A stretch of DNA of 63,739 nucleotides, the filler included, from Phoronis australis (taxonomy: Eukaryota > Animalia > Phoronida), in assembly GCA_002633005.1 (NCBI GenBank). It is 5 parts of 5 records of this genome, joined end to end, with 100 filler letters (N's around TTAATTAATTAA, not from the genome) between each part and the next. Parts side by side here need not be neighbours in the genome. Positions count along the whole stretch, not along the records: positions 14,896 to 33,668 come from NMRA01000268.1; positions 33,769 to 53,131 come from NMRA01000090.1; 3 more parts are not named here. One strand, given 5' to 3'. Both the position numbers and the translations under genes were made by a program. Shown here in pieces: positions 25,494-38,602 of this stretch (its first letter is position 1; each line of letters starts with the position of its first letter). The notes under the pieces are model-generated. The model was not told the DNA's origin. It searched no databases and worked only from the letters and a program-made list of their open reading frames with translations.

Positions 25494-26641
25494 GTAAGTT
25501 TACTTAAGAGCTTTCTTTGTAGTTAATAAGATCAAGTTCATTTTGTTGTAAGTATACTTGCGGTAAAAGGTCACCAATTTCGGACAAAAATAGTTGCCAA
25601 AAATGGACTTTCTTCATTTTTTTTTCTGGTAGCTACGTCAAGATTTTAATGCACAAGCGATGATTTAGGAATTTTCCACTAATCATCTTTCAGTACACTC
25701 AACACATCTCAGTATGGGTAAATCCTTGCCATGTAACTTTAATTAAAAGTAAAATACGTAATAATAAAATTTGAAATAATGACAGGTATTTAACATGTGC
25801 TATCACCTGTGTATCTATTTGGGTGAATGTCCGAGACATTTAATTTATGAAACACAGACTGGCCGAATGCTTCAAAATTGAGTTCTATAACTAAAACGGT
25901 GCGCTGTAATTATTTATATGCGCTAACTGCGAAGCGATACCGAAGCTAGTTTACAGTGAAACAACACGTGTAGTTGAGATAAAAGGTCATATATATTATG
26001 ACAAACTAAACTACTACAGATATCTGAAAAAGTTATATAACATGTTGAGGTGTAAAGGTGGGCGACAATCTGCCACAGATGCAGCAGAAGGATGCATCCG
26101 CCCACCATTAATGAAATCTAAAGTAAATTTATTTCCATATGTTGTGTAAAGATGGATAGAGAAGCGGGCTACAATGTTTTATGTGGCTGCACTTTGATTG
26201 ACTTTGCTGGTTCTGCTGGGTCAACCCACTAAGGCATTGGGTTGGTCTGTAAGCTGGAATTCGTCATGGAGAATGTCTTAGCCAGTTGACATGGCGTAGT
26301 CCACAGAGTCAATCAAGTGCAGCTGGTGACAGTGAGAGTTGAACTCTGCATACAGTACAATATGATGGTAATCGGACAAAATACCATCTCCCCGTCGTGA
26401 CAACTAGTTCTGCTAGCAGTAAACTATTAGGTCAGCAAACAGAATTCTGGCTTAGCCACGTTACTAGTTTTCCTGTTAATTTCCATCCATTCTCGGTCAT
26501 GGGGGAAGACTATACTGTGGCGATGAATGTGGCTTCCAACCAACCATGGTGATGGGGAATTCCAGGTCATTTTGTTTGAATACTTTTAGCTTATAGTGTA
26601 GTTCTGTAGTGAATGTAACTCTCATCTTTTCGCATTGTTAG

Positions 26642-26727
26642 TGATCGTAAAGCAAGAGAGGCGAAGGCTGAAGCAGAACGGCTGGCACTAGAAGCAGCAA
26701 ATGCCGAAGTACAATCTGCCACACTTG
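26642..26727 (+). CDS. BRD8: BRD8 exon 7 (coiled coil)
   Basis: DRKAREAKAEAERLALEAANAEVQSATL; phases 2/1 fit neighbours. Confidence 0.8.
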
Positions 26728-28126
26728 GTAATGTAGCAACTGAATTGTGTGGCCTTCTGTGTCTTGTTTCATGAAGTAGTCCCAGTAGTGACTCGCTATA
26801 TTCTCTGTAGTGCTAGCGCATTTGTAGACTTAGTGTGCAAACACTATTTGTCTTCTTTTGTTTCATCTTAACTGTTATGTCAATAATGGGAGTTAACTAT
26901 ATACATTGAATTCTTAATATTTTTGAAAATAAATAATTCCTTTTCATGCAATGACCCTGATTTAAGTACTTACGCCCTATTTATTTTCATGGAACTAATG
27001 ACTCAGTTTTCAGATAATTCATTAGGAAAAAGGTGCTCACGATAAAAATTAAATCATCAGTGACTAAACAAAGTCTACAAATGATGCGCTGAAAATTTAG
27101 GGAACATAGTTGAGTCATTACTGGGAATGTTTCATGCAAGCAGACTCTAATATCTTAACATTAGAGTTGCTTGTGTTGGTATTTTGCAGTCAGTAGACAT
27201 CTGGGTTGTTTCTTGAAAAGCTTTAGTCAGAAATTTTGTCTTACACCTCTATCTCTCAATTGTTTCCGAAAAACAATGTTATGCCAATTCAGGAAAGTAC
27301 AAAATGTCTTAGGATATACCCAAAACTGATAATTTGGGGATTTTCATGTACGGTGCTGCTGTCATTGTTCAAGTGCATTGTGGGAAGGTTGTCAGTTCGT
27401 AAACATCCGGTGACATCACAGATAACTTGTTGACGAGTTAACAATGCTACAGAAAACAACAGTTGTCACCAAAATTAAAAGCACAGATCTGCTGTAGCAT
27501 GCTTTTTGTGGGAGTCAAAGCTACCACCACAGACTGTAAAATAATAGATTGAAATTAGGCCTCAAAATGCATCATGCACATAGATTAGCAGGTGCCATCA
27601 GATCACACTGAGAGTAAATCTCACCACCTACAATGCAAATTATAAATTCAGTTCCATGTCACAAGTGATCTGTGTTGTTGTGAGAGAAAAGTGGCTTATC
27701 TATCTCTGGATGTTAATGAGCCGACTAGCGTACCACAATGCATTTAAAAACACGACAGCAGCACCGTAGATAAAACCCTTAGATTTGATGAGATTGAGCT
27801 TGTGCTAAACTGCATAGTGCTAGCAATTAAAAACTTTCAGTATATACACAACACCAGTTTATCCAAATAAACATTTTTTAATAAAATACTAACACTAACC
27901 ACCACTCAATAAAACTGTTTCTAACTGGTGTGAGGTGGATAAAAGTAGGAAATTTAAAATCAAAGTCTGTAGGCTTTCTACTTTCAGAAAATATGTACTT
28001 TTACTGTCAGAGTTAACTTCTATAGATTTATTGATATTTGGCAAAACTCACAAACTTGTCGGTAAGGTCCTACATAAACGTAAGGCGTGGGGCGTTGCTC
28101 TCTCAACAGTGTCACTTTGTTTACAG

Positions 28127-28242
28127 GTGTTGCTAAGGGAACACCAGTAGTGAAAGGTGTGAAAAAGGCCAAGCTGGGTTCACAAGCTGGTGATGATGAG
28201 ACATCCCAGGACTCAGTGATTAGTGAAGACAACACATTGGAG
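28127..28242 (+). CDS. BRD8: BRD8 exon 8
   Basis: ttacag acceptor; GVAKGTPVVKGVKKAKLGSQAGDDETSQDSVISEDNTLE; phase 1/0 (alternative donor at 28260 possible). Confidence 0.72.
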
Positions 28243-28360
28243 GTACAGTACAAGACAAAAGTAATCGGACGAAATACCATTTTCTGATCATGACGGCTAA
28301 TTCTTTTAACTGCAAAAATGACTGGTAATAAGTGTTAAGGCAGCAACACACTAATCGCAA

Positions 28361-28670
28361 AATGGGCTAGCCACCTTACTAAATAATGGGCTAGCCACCT
28401 TACTAAATAATGGGCTAGCCACCTTACTAAATAATGGGCTAGCCACCTTACTAAATAATGGACTAGCCACCTTACTAAATAATGGGCTAGCCACCTTACT
28501 AAATAATGGACTAGCCACCTTACTAAATAATGGGCTAGCCACCTTACTAAATAATGGGCTAGCCACCTTACTAAATAATGGACTAGCCACCTTACTAAAT
28601 AATGGGCTAGCCACCTTACTAAATAATGGGCTAGCCACCTTACTAAATAATGGGCTAGCCACCTTACTAA
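28361..28670. repeat. 24-bp minisatellite, about 13 copies
   Basis: aaataatggRctagccaccttact, 12 full copies plus one partial. Confidence 0.97.
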
Positions 28671-29080
28671 GTTTCCTGTTCATTCTTCATTCTTGGTCAT
28701 GAGGGAAGACTACTCTTCCGCTCACCCGTCTCTGACGATGAATTCGGCTTCCACCCAGCTGTTATGGTCTTTTACTTTTTTTAAATCAGTCTCACCTAAT
28801 TCCTTGCTCAGATTATGAATGATTTCTAGGCTGTAGAAGAACTGAATGGTCATTAATTCTTCAGGCCTGGCTCATTACTATGCGTGTCACGGCTGGTTAG
28901 TCACTAATATTGTATGGCCATCAGGCTATATCCAATATTGATTTATTGTAACGGTGATGCTGTTTTGGAAGAGCAAATATGTTTGGAGTGCAAATTGATG
29001 TTTTTAACGGCTGAACATGGTTAATAGGTGCTGTAATCATTTCAGTCATTTGTTCTACTGACATTCTGTTTAAGCAACAG

Positions 29081-29188
29081 CCCATTGATGATGAACAAGG
29101 GAAGGATATATCAACAATACATAGCACCCCAGCTGGTGAAGATCAGTCACCAGGAGGCGCTAATGTTGTGGAGAGGGAAGAGAAACAG
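29081..29188 (+). CDS. BRD8: BRD8 exon 9
   Basis: PIDDEQGKDISTIHSTPAGEDQSPGGANVVEREEKQ; phase 0/0; alternative in-frame acceptor at 29075. Confidence 0.68.
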
Positions 29189-29459
29189 GTAGAAATCATT
29201 TGTTGACTGACATGTGGGATCAGACATCTTAGTGATGGCTGATAAATTTGATTAGCATGTTTTTTGTGTTACCGTCTACAAGAATAGCAAAAGAATGGTG
29301 TCATTGAACTTCCATTATAATAAAAATGACCTTACAGTTCACCATTATGTGTTCTGAACATTTGTTCACTGCTCTGTGAACCAGTTGCCCACTTGATTGT
29401 ATTTCTCAAACATTAATTTTTGAAGCAGCGTTAAAGTTGCATGTTGTTGTTTTTTAAAG

Positions 29460-29565
29460 GATGAAACCGTACAAACTGATGGTGGTCAGCGACGAGCGAC
29501 TGATGAAGTGACAGCGCCAGTTGTTGTGAAGTCTGAGACGTCTCTGCCTGCTTCACCATCAACAG
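29460..29565 (+). CDS. BRD8: BRD8 exon 10
   Basis: DETVQTDGGQRRATDEVTAPVVVKSETSLPASPST; phase 0/1. Confidence 0.75.
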
Positions 29566-29872
29566 GTAGGCAGGTGGTTACACTCTTGTGTTGGCTGGTG
29601 AACACAGGAGTCGTATCATGTAAACAGCGTAAAGTGCTATGTGCGAATGGTGGCTTACGGAGAAAACAATTACCCGCTCAAACCTTCCTGCAAGTCTGCT
29701 TTTGAGTTCTGTACTATGCTTTGGTCCTGGTTATTCATCATGATCTGTTTTCTATGATTTGTCCATGTTGACCTAACATTTGCATTGTTTGAAGGTTATG
29801 AATGAGTATACTGTGAGAACTACCGTCTGTTGCATGCCCGCTGGTGCAGTCCATAACTCCTTGCTGTTTCAG

Positions 29873-30001
29873 GAGCACCAACCATCACTGCCTTGCTGCA
29901 TTCTTGCCCAGCTGGCCAGACAAAGGGTCCAGCCATCCAAGAGGCTATGGCTAAGGCCCTAGCCAGCTCTGGTGTCAGTAAACCTTCACTAAGCACCCCA
30001 G
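29873..30001 (+). CDS. BRD8: BRD8 exon 11
   Basis: GAPTITALLHSCPAG matches the BRD8 (ASPAAS)GAPTLSRLLEAGP motif; phase 1/1. Confidence 0.82.
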
Positions 30002-31074
30002 GTATATCTCTGTCTTGAGCGACCCAATTCTAAGTTACTATAACTTATAGAGATCGGTATTAGGTTATTCTCGATTAGGTTTTCAAAAAGTTCTCAGTTA
30101 TTCGCATTGTTGGAACTTTTGTGGTTTTATGGAAATCAGTGCAAGCTAGGTGTATATGTGTATGAACACTTGGTAAATTTCTTTTTGAAAATGATCATTC
30201 CGTTCGACATGCATCTATTTGTATTTTTATTGGCAAACTTATTAAAAGTGAAACTCAATGCCGTTCACCTGTGGTGGCCATTGTGTTAGGACACCATCAT
30301 AACTTCAAAAATTACTTTGAGATACAGTATTTGTTTGTGCATTTTTTTAAAAATGCATTAAATATTTTATGCTTGCTACTTTGTCGATACTCCTGAACAA
30401 GTATACTCTACTTTGCTTTGTGATGTGTGTTGAAAAAATCAGCTTCATAATGAAACATTGAACTATGTTTACAGTTCTGGCTGGTGGTAGTGGTCAAACA
30501 TTTGTTGAGATATTTCATTTGCTTGGTGTATTGCATATATTTGCTTCAAAGTTCACAACTTGGTGTCTATTTGATTTGCTCTTGCTGCTTAAGTGTCACT
30601 TAATATATTATGTTTGTACTTCTACTATTGGTGTGCTTATCTTTATTTTGCTTGGCATTCTTGTGTCATTTATCTTGAATGGTGCTCATTTCTTAGCTTC
30701 AGTAATCAAAAAACCCTCGTCCGCCCCTAAAAAGCAAACCATTATTTTTATAATGTTTTTAATGTCCTTAAAATGTTGCACTAATGTCGAGCTGAAAATT
30801 AATACCAATATTCCGATGTAGAGGCGATGTAACGAAATATTCTTTGCCACTAGATAGCGCCAGAGTGAAGATGCTGAAGAGTTGAATGTCGGATGTTCCA
30901 TATTGTTAATGACTTACTGCGCACTGCGCTGTGCTTCTCAATGTCCTGCGAATGTTTTATGCAGTTATGGATTGTTTTGATCCTATATTGTTATAATAGC
31001 CAGATTGGACAATTTCATAACGACAAAATATTTTGGGTGTTGTAAAGTATTGCAGATTTTCATCCATTCTATAG

Positions 31075-31127
31075 GTGAGCCCGACCAGCAGTTTCCAAGC
31101 ACAGACAAAGTGGAAACAGAAAAACAG
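31075..31127 (+). CDS. BRD8: BRD8 exon 12 (probable)
   Basis: ctatag acceptor; GEPDQQFPSTDKVETEKQ; phase 1/0 bridges neighbours. Confidence 0.55.
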
Positions 31128-32438
31128 GTTCGTATCCAGGTGCTGTTGTTTGTGAATGGCAAACTTCTATTCTCATGTTTGTGGCCTCCACGTCATTCTG
31201 CGTTTTCAGGGGATGTGTTGTTATGCCATCGCAAAGGCTTGTGTGATCTGTAGAACACATGTATCGAGTGTCCCACAAATCTTATACTTTTACGACCTGT
31301 AATATCTCTGTGATTAATTTAGCGATATTCTGGAAATTTTGTAGAAAGTGATTTCAATCCATTTCCAACCACAGTGCAAAATGTCATTGAGATTTAATTA
31401 ATACTATTCAAGTTATGTCAGTTTGAGATTGACTATCACAGAACTGCTTTACTTGGTGCAATCGGTGTATATCGATCAATGCCTATTACTCTGCATTCTT
31501 GATGCATTTTGTGTGTCATTTAAGGTCACAACAAATACAGTGCAAGTCACACATAAATAAGTCGGATTGTCGCTTAACTCAACGATACAGTTCTTGTTGT
31601 TCATGTGCTCTGGACTCGACTGCACCTGCATGAATTTTACTGTATATTGATTCCCCAGACATGAAATTGTATCGGAATTCCGCAAGGAAAAACAATCTTG
31701 CAGCAGTTTTCCACAGCTGAAGTGAAGATCATGTTATAGGCGATATTGGGGTCAAAAAAGCCAAGGAGAAAGTATATGGGGAAAGGGGAACAAACTTGTT
31801 GAAATGAGTTTTTAAAGATACGTTTTTGCTTCATGGAAAGCAGTAACTCTAGAAGAAATTAGCAAAGCATTTCGAGGTTTTTGATGAAGGCTCAAAACAC
31901 ACCGAGCATAGATTGAAACGACTTATATTATTGCTGTTTAACAATATGTTGAAATTTCTGTTTCTGCAATTCTTAATAAGTTTTCGCAATATTTCTTATT
32001 CTCATAGAAAATACTAGATTATGGTTACTTTTTATCAAATTTTTGGTCATTGATCATTTAATTGCAGAGATGTTGGAAGCCAAGTGTTGCGACATTTTTG
32101 GGACCCGTGATGTATACATATCTTTATTTCATGATGTTATAGCTACCGGCCTTTGTTACAAGTACATTGCAAAATGATACATAAGTGGCATGAAAACATA
32201 TTTTGTACAGGAGCATATGAAATGGTTTTCTTTAAATCTACATCAGGCCCAAACATTGTTCCTGTCTCGTTCAGTTTCAGTTGTTTGGTTTTCCATTGAC
32301 ATTGAGATAAAGTAATCAACACTTTTTTCCATGTGAAATATATCAGGACTGTAAAGAAGTACCCTAGTCTCCAAGAAGCATGCTTTTTCCTTTAGTAATA
32401 TGTGATAGATGTAATAGCCATATAATTCATGTTGCCAG

Positions 32439-32580
32439 GACACAGAGGCAGAGGCTGCCGACATTGGCAATGAGGATGAGGTGTCATTTAAACAAGAGGA
32501 GGCGCCACCGTCTCCAGCCAGTAGTGTGTCATCTAGGGTCAGCGAGGGCAGCAAGGTCAACAAGAGGCGGTCTTCTAAAG
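32439..32580 (+). CDS. BRD8: BRD8 exon 13 (probable); bromodomain exons lie beyond the contig end
   Basis: DTEAEAADIGNEDEVSFKQEEAPPSPASSVSSRVSEGSKVNKRRSSK; ccag/gtcagt. Confidence 0.7.
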
Positions 32581-33232
32581 GTCAGTGGTCAAGATTCATT
32601 CACTAAGACTAGTCGCACCCTGGCAGAGGGTCTAACGAAATGTTGCATGCTTTTCCTGCCTTGTTTTGCCAGGTGACTCTTACTATCACTCACGTGGCAT
32701 CAGTGATCTCACCTCTTGTCAGCAACTAAAACATTCTTGAAATAAACACTCCATTGGAAGACTACATTGTTTTAAGGTTTTGTACACTTCAGGTTCTTCC
32801 TTCATTGAGATCTTGGGCTATAGCGCAAGTGTTTGTTGTGACATCGGGCCTTTGTTATGGAATAGCTAGAAATGTGTAGAAAATGAAAGAGATAGCTTTC
32901 AAATGTTGACCTTCTATATGAACTATGCAATTTCTGTCTTGCTCTTAGCAAACAATTTTATTTAATGATTACCATTAAAAGCATTGACAAATATGTCATC
33001 CACCTCCTAGGTACAGGTGTATGGGCAATAAAAGACTTTGGTTGTGGTGATCATAAGTTCAAAGGATATCAGTCTTGATTTTGGCCTATTTACAGCTACT
33101 AAAAACGACTTTCCCATCCAGTTCTCTGTAAGGGCTGTTCCAGCAAAATTTGTATGGTAAGGGGGAAGGCACTTTTATTTAGTACCCACCGCCCATATTT
33201 TTCATTTATTTCTCCAACCCATGACCCATAAT

Positions 33233-33668
33233 TACTTGGCGGAATTCTTCCGCCAAGTATGTTGCTCTGACAGCAAGTTTTTTTTTTTTTTTGTTTGTTC
33301 GCTCTCTACAGGTCGCAATTCTGGTCCCATTTTCACGAAATTTGCACACAACATGTAGATCGGGAATCACTGGAACGCTATTGTTTTGGTCATGATCGGA
33401 TACAAAATGGCGGACGTGGCGGCCATTTTGTATCCGATTTCACAGTCAAATACTCGTAGAGGCCGCATTTTTCGACCTACATGGCTGAAAATCGGTACGA
33501 ATATACTAGAACGCATGTGCTACAATTGTGCAGAAAATCGTTGACTTCCGGTTAAAGATGGCGGAAATATTGGACGTGGCGCATGCGCACCCCGAAATAT
33601 GGCTAAAAACGTTTTCTCCTGTAGAGGGCGCAATTGCAAACCAATCACTTTCAAACTGGTCACGTGTT
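33233..33668 (+). mobile_element. 5' end of non-autonomous Helentron (HINE)-like element
   Basis: Perfect 12-bp inverted repeat tacttggcggaa-ttc-ttccgccaagta, then T/TTTG tract, then tandem-unit interior; truncated by contig end. Confidence 0.55.
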
Positions 33669-33768
33669 NNNNNNNNNNNNNNNNNNNNNNNNNNNNNNNN
33701 NNNNNNNNNNNNTTAATTAATTAANNNNNNNNNNNNNNNNNNNNNNNNNNNNNNNNNNNNNNNNNNNN
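33669..33768. other. Artificial contig linker
   Basis: Same 100-bp N/TTAATTAATTAA/N structure. Confidence 0.98.
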
Positions 33769-35615
33769 TGCCGGGCACAACCCAGAGTGTAATTTGTCTG
33801 TCATAGGGGTTTTATTGATCTGTGACATGTATTGAATCATATGGAATTGGTTTTGTGTGGTACCTCGAATGTATGTGCTAGCTCATTTTTGGGGGGTCCT
33901 TTTTTGGTTTCTGCCGGACCCATTCCAGAGTGCAATTTGTCTGTCATGGGTCATTCGGTGTTCAGTGCGGTACTATTATTCGTTTAAAATCAGTTTTGGT
34001 TGGTACCTCGAATATCTAGTCTAGCTCATTTTTTGGGCTGTTTGTAAGGCCCCCAGGGATCACACCCAGAGTGCAGATAACGACAGACGTCCATTTCTGT
34101 GGTCAGATGTTGGTACCTCGTTCATCTATGCTAAGTGCTCTGGGCTGCCGGTCTATCAGGGCTGGATAGGTTGAGATGGCTTGGGATTAGTTGGATTCAA
34201 CTAATTCGACTATTCCTACTAATCGTTCCGCCATCTGCAGACAGGTCACGGATTTCATTGATATGAAACACAAAATTATATGATCAAATTATTCCGTCAC
34301 TATTTGATATTCAGCCGAATTTGGCAACTGCAGTGCCTCCTTATGGCCATTTTGTGTGAAAGCGTTTCCACATGATATGTAGAGAACCGAGAGAAAGATT
34401 TCATTCAAAATGTGCACAAAGGTTTGTGATGACATTGCGGTGGCACCATTAAAGTTTCAAGGGGATTCAAACACTGTAGCACCTCCAAGTGGCCATTTTT
34501 TTCCATAAGGGCTTTTGAAGTTAAGCGTATCTGGATGATATCTGAAGTACCGTTTAGAAGATTTCATTGAAATTGAACACAAAGGTATACGATGTCAGTG
34601 CGCTTGTACCATTTGATTTTCGAATGAATTAAACCACTTCAGCGCCTTCTGTCTATCTTGGGGAAGAACATTTCCGAGTGATATCTTTTGAGCTGATTGA
34701 TCAATTTTAATAAAACTTCACACAGATGTATGACCATTAAATTTTTGTGCAGATTCAACTACTGCAGCCACCTGGCCATTTTGTTTTCAAGTGTCTTTCA
34801 TGTGTTGTTTGGCTGGAGATCTGAATTCTGGATGAAGTCTAAATAACGATTGACTGACTACAACATGAAATGTGGCATAACACGTATGTGAAGTTAATGA
34901 GGCAGACAATTGTTTCGATTGTTTCGATGGTAGATTTGTCCCCTGCAGCATTGTGAGAGGGAGCTTTTCAAGTGTTGTTTGAGGGGAAGAGTGTTTCTGG
35001 ATGTTATCTAGAAAAGCGATTGATGAATTTCAGTGAAACTACTAGTTATATATGATGACCCCATGACAGTGGTGGCACCCATTTTGTCCTTAACAAAGGG
35101 CTTTTCAAGTGTTTTTTGCTGAAGAACGTTTCCTGGGTTATATCTAAAGAACTGATTGACAGATTTTGATGAAACTTGGCTAAGGCGGTACATGATGACA
35201 ATGCCATTTGGGCTGATTCTACTACTTCAGCATATTCTGTTGACTCTTAAAAACATATTGTATGTGCCCCAGCATTGCTCTTGTTATTGTTTTGTTATAA
35301 GTTCTTTTTTACCCACCTTCCTATTCTCCAAACTACTGAAGAACCATGATGAAACGTGGTTTTGCTGACTTAATTTACAACTGTTTTCTAATATTATTGG
35401 CTGTAGTGGGATTGTTTACATCTGTGGTGTATGCCATGCACACAATGCTCTTGAATTACTGGTACTACTTCGTTGGAAAAAATGTTGCATGAAGATATAC
35501 ATGAGGTTTACATTTACACTAAAAGTTCATTTTCCCGTTAAAATTATGGCCTTAAAAGTGTGTACCTCGGTTTGTTTTAGTTTATTACAACTTTGTACTG
35601 TTCTTGGTTTTAAAG

Positions 35616-35734
35616 GTTTACAGAAGGTACTCACATCCCTTGATCGTATTCAGAAAGAGGCTGATGGAAAAGATGAAGACGTTTCCTTCTTGCGTTCCTT
35701 TCTCCACAACACTGGTCTTCAATCATTATTGAAG
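35616..35734 (+). CDS. MPP7: MAGUK p55 subfamily (MPP7-like) exon, L27N
   Basis: GLQKVLTSLDRIQKEADGKDEDVSFLRSFLHNTGLQSLLK vs human GLYELLAAL...[20 protein letters not shown]. Confidence 0.85.
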
Positions 35735-36439
35735 GTAGGTCAGCTCAACCTGCAGATTGCAAATGGCCAAGACTGAAATTTAATCACATTTGCAATATTT
35801 TTCTTATGTTGCATTCACATGGTTATATTTGGTTTAGGCACCCATGCTATTACATTAGATTATAACTGGAATATCTGCGGAGTTGTGTACAAAATATGCA
35901 ATAGTTGTTTTATTAATTCTTTTTGTGTATTAAAATTTTGAAAAGTTCATGGTTATCTCTCGGTACATTTGTATCTTCAGATACTTTATTCACACCTTTC
36001 TCCATTTGGACCCGCAATGCTCTTTTTTGAACTTGAGAAGTATAAGATTACTAACTTGTGGAAAATTATAAAATTCCCGGGAATGACAGCACCTCTCTTT
36101 GATGCATAGCCTTGTTTGGGTTTGCTCCCCAGAGCTGTTGAATTTCCTTGAAGAAGGTTACTTAATGCATGTTTGAATGGCAGCATTGTAAACTGCTTCT
36201 TGGGCACATCAGATGAGTCATTTGCTCACAAATACATGACCAAAGTCTTTAGCAGACTGGGACTGGGACACTGGGACGTGACCCCTGTCATGTTTATTTT
36301 TTTGTCACATCTACCTAGTGTTAAAATCTGACCATTTTTGCAGCCACTCCTCAGTCTATGATATGTCTTTCTGTAATGCAACAGACTAAAGACAGCTCAG
36401 TACATCTGATTCTAAATAGCTCAAAATGAAGCATCCAAT

Positions 36440-36508
36440 GTGATGTGGTGATGTGATATATTGAACACTGTTCGTGATGTGGTGATGTGATATATTGAAC
36501 ACTGTTCG
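36440..36508. repeat. 34-bp tandem duplication
   Basis: gtgatgtggtgatgtgatatattgaacactgttc x2. Confidence 0.85.
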
Positions 36509-36990
36509 GTGTGTTATTCTGCTCCGTATATCATGCTGATTGATAGAAATCCTCATACAATAGGCAAAAGGACTGCCTCCACAATGTCACAATGTAGCTC
36601 AAATTTACTTTGATCTTTGGTGCCAGCCGTTTGGATACCCTCAAAGAAGCAATGGGTTTTCAAGAGACAAGGAAAGGTTATTATTGAATTCAAAATCGAA
36701 AAGGGGGAATTGCTGAGTGGCAGTTTTCAATAGGTTCAGCTGCTTAGAAAGTTGTGAATCCTATGTTATATTCATCTTAGCAGAAACCATTGACTTTGTT
36801 GAGAAAAACAGTGCAACACAGCCTTTCTGGCTTCTTGATGCTGCTGGATATGATATGCTATGAGTAATGATTAGGTGTGCAAATATGGCTTTGAAAATTC
36901 ACCATTAAGATTCTAGGATAATCATCAAATACAAATAGAGTGGTAATAAAGATTCCTCATGTTGTTACTAAATAAAACTTGCTCAATACA

Positions 36991-37126
36991 TGTGTGTGTG
37001 TGTCTGTCTGTCTGTCTGTCCGTCCGTCCGTCCGTCCGTCCGTCCGTCCGTCCGTCCGTCCGTCCGTCCGTCCGTCCGTCCGTCTGTCTGCCTGCCTGTC
37101 TGTGTCGGTATGCGTGCGTGTGTGCG
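36991..37126. repeat. Compound microsatellite (TG)n(TCTG)n(TCCG)n
   Basis: Seen directly. Confidence 0.95.
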
Positions 37127-37340
37127 TAGCGCGCATGGGTTTTTGCTAAGACACATGGATGATTGATTTACTGTTCTCCAGGGATTATTCATTGTACTTC
37201 GTCATAATTTTATTGAATTCCTGTTGACTAAACACAAGTCAAACATCTGTTACTGCTAATAGTCTTTAACAACTGATTCACATAATCAGCAAAAAGGCTA
37301 GTTCGTTCTTATGCAATAGTTTTAGATTGCATAAAATGAT

Positions 37341-38130
37341 TGTCAGAATATGGTCTGACAGTATTTTTAGTTGTATTGATTTGTTTTGTTATTCTGTTTG
37401 ATTGGCATGACCCCTGAGTTAAGTACAGTGATGATGTAATTTGTTTACTACATAATGGTTTGGAACTTTCTAGAAGACTGAGGTCAGAACAGTGATGATG
37501 TAATTTGTTTACTGCAGTATAGTGTGGAACTTTCTAGAAGACTCTAGTATGACAGTGGTTAATGCAGTCTGGAATATTCTAGAGACTAGTACATGTTTGT
37601 AGAATGATTGGGTAGGTTCCAGAAAGTTCTGGTATGTGCTTGAATTGATGAAAAGTTCTAGAACAATGAATTAGGCTATAAATACACAAGCACGGGTTTG
37701 TGTTAGTCAGATTAAGTGACTTGAGTCCAAGAAGATTAAGTCAGTTGAGTCCAAGAAGATCAAGTCAATTCACAAGAAGATCAAATAAGTTCAAGAAAGT
37801 TAATCAGGAGAACTACAATTGAGTTGCAGTGAAGAGAATCAGCAGTTACAGCGATAGTCAATAGAGAGCCAGCTATAGAGACAGCAGGTCATTGAATCGA
37901 GTGTAACAGTTGCTGAACGTGTTTCATCACAAGTTAAGGCTTCGCAGCACTGGCTGGAGCATAGAACAGACGTTACGTCGCACGTTTTGTTTGAGTAGGC
38001 TTGTGAACATACAGTCGAGATTAATAAAGGATTAACTCGAGCCAGTCTTCAGTCAATCATCGCACCGAAAGCTATTAGCACCGGTCTGTAACAACCTGCG
38101 CCCACCCACACACGGGGAAAAAACGTGACA
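37341..38130 (+). mobile_element. Solo LTR (790 bp)
   Basis: TGTCA...TGACA termini; 5-bp TSD ATGAT (37336-40, 38131-35); TATAAATA near 37677; AATAAA near 38023; internal 64-bp duplication. Confidence 0.85.
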
Positions 38131-38602
38131 ATGATGACTATTTTAGTGACTGCAGTTGTGTTTCTGGGCACTCGCATTGAATGCGAAGGGACATCGGACA
38201 AAATTCAATTTTTGTCTTGACTGCAGTAGTTATGTTTGTGTGTACAGTGGCGTTAGCTGAATGACTGCGTTTGTGCAGATTATGCTTGCCAAATATTTAT
38301 CCCAACCATCAGAAGGTTGACAACTGCGTAGTTGCTATTGGAAACCCCCATGAGTTTTCATTACTTGGTTTTATTGATCTTTGAAGCCATGTACATAATG
38401 TGCTAATGCATAAGACATTGATTGTTGAGGAAATGATGTGATGATTAGATGATGGTTAATGAGGATCATCGGACATTTGGGGTATCTGTAGTAGGTTAGT
38501 GCAGCTATCGGTTTATCTCTCCACACGGTGAAAGAGCATTCTTTTCTCCACAGTATTTGCTCTATGATTTGTGATATTGATATAATAGCATACAACAATG
38601 TA

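Noticed and set aside
28351-28683. 110-aa ORF of KVASPLFS repeats, or a CRISPR-like array
   Set aside because: Pure 24-bp tandem repeat with no spacers, antisense within a BRD8 intron
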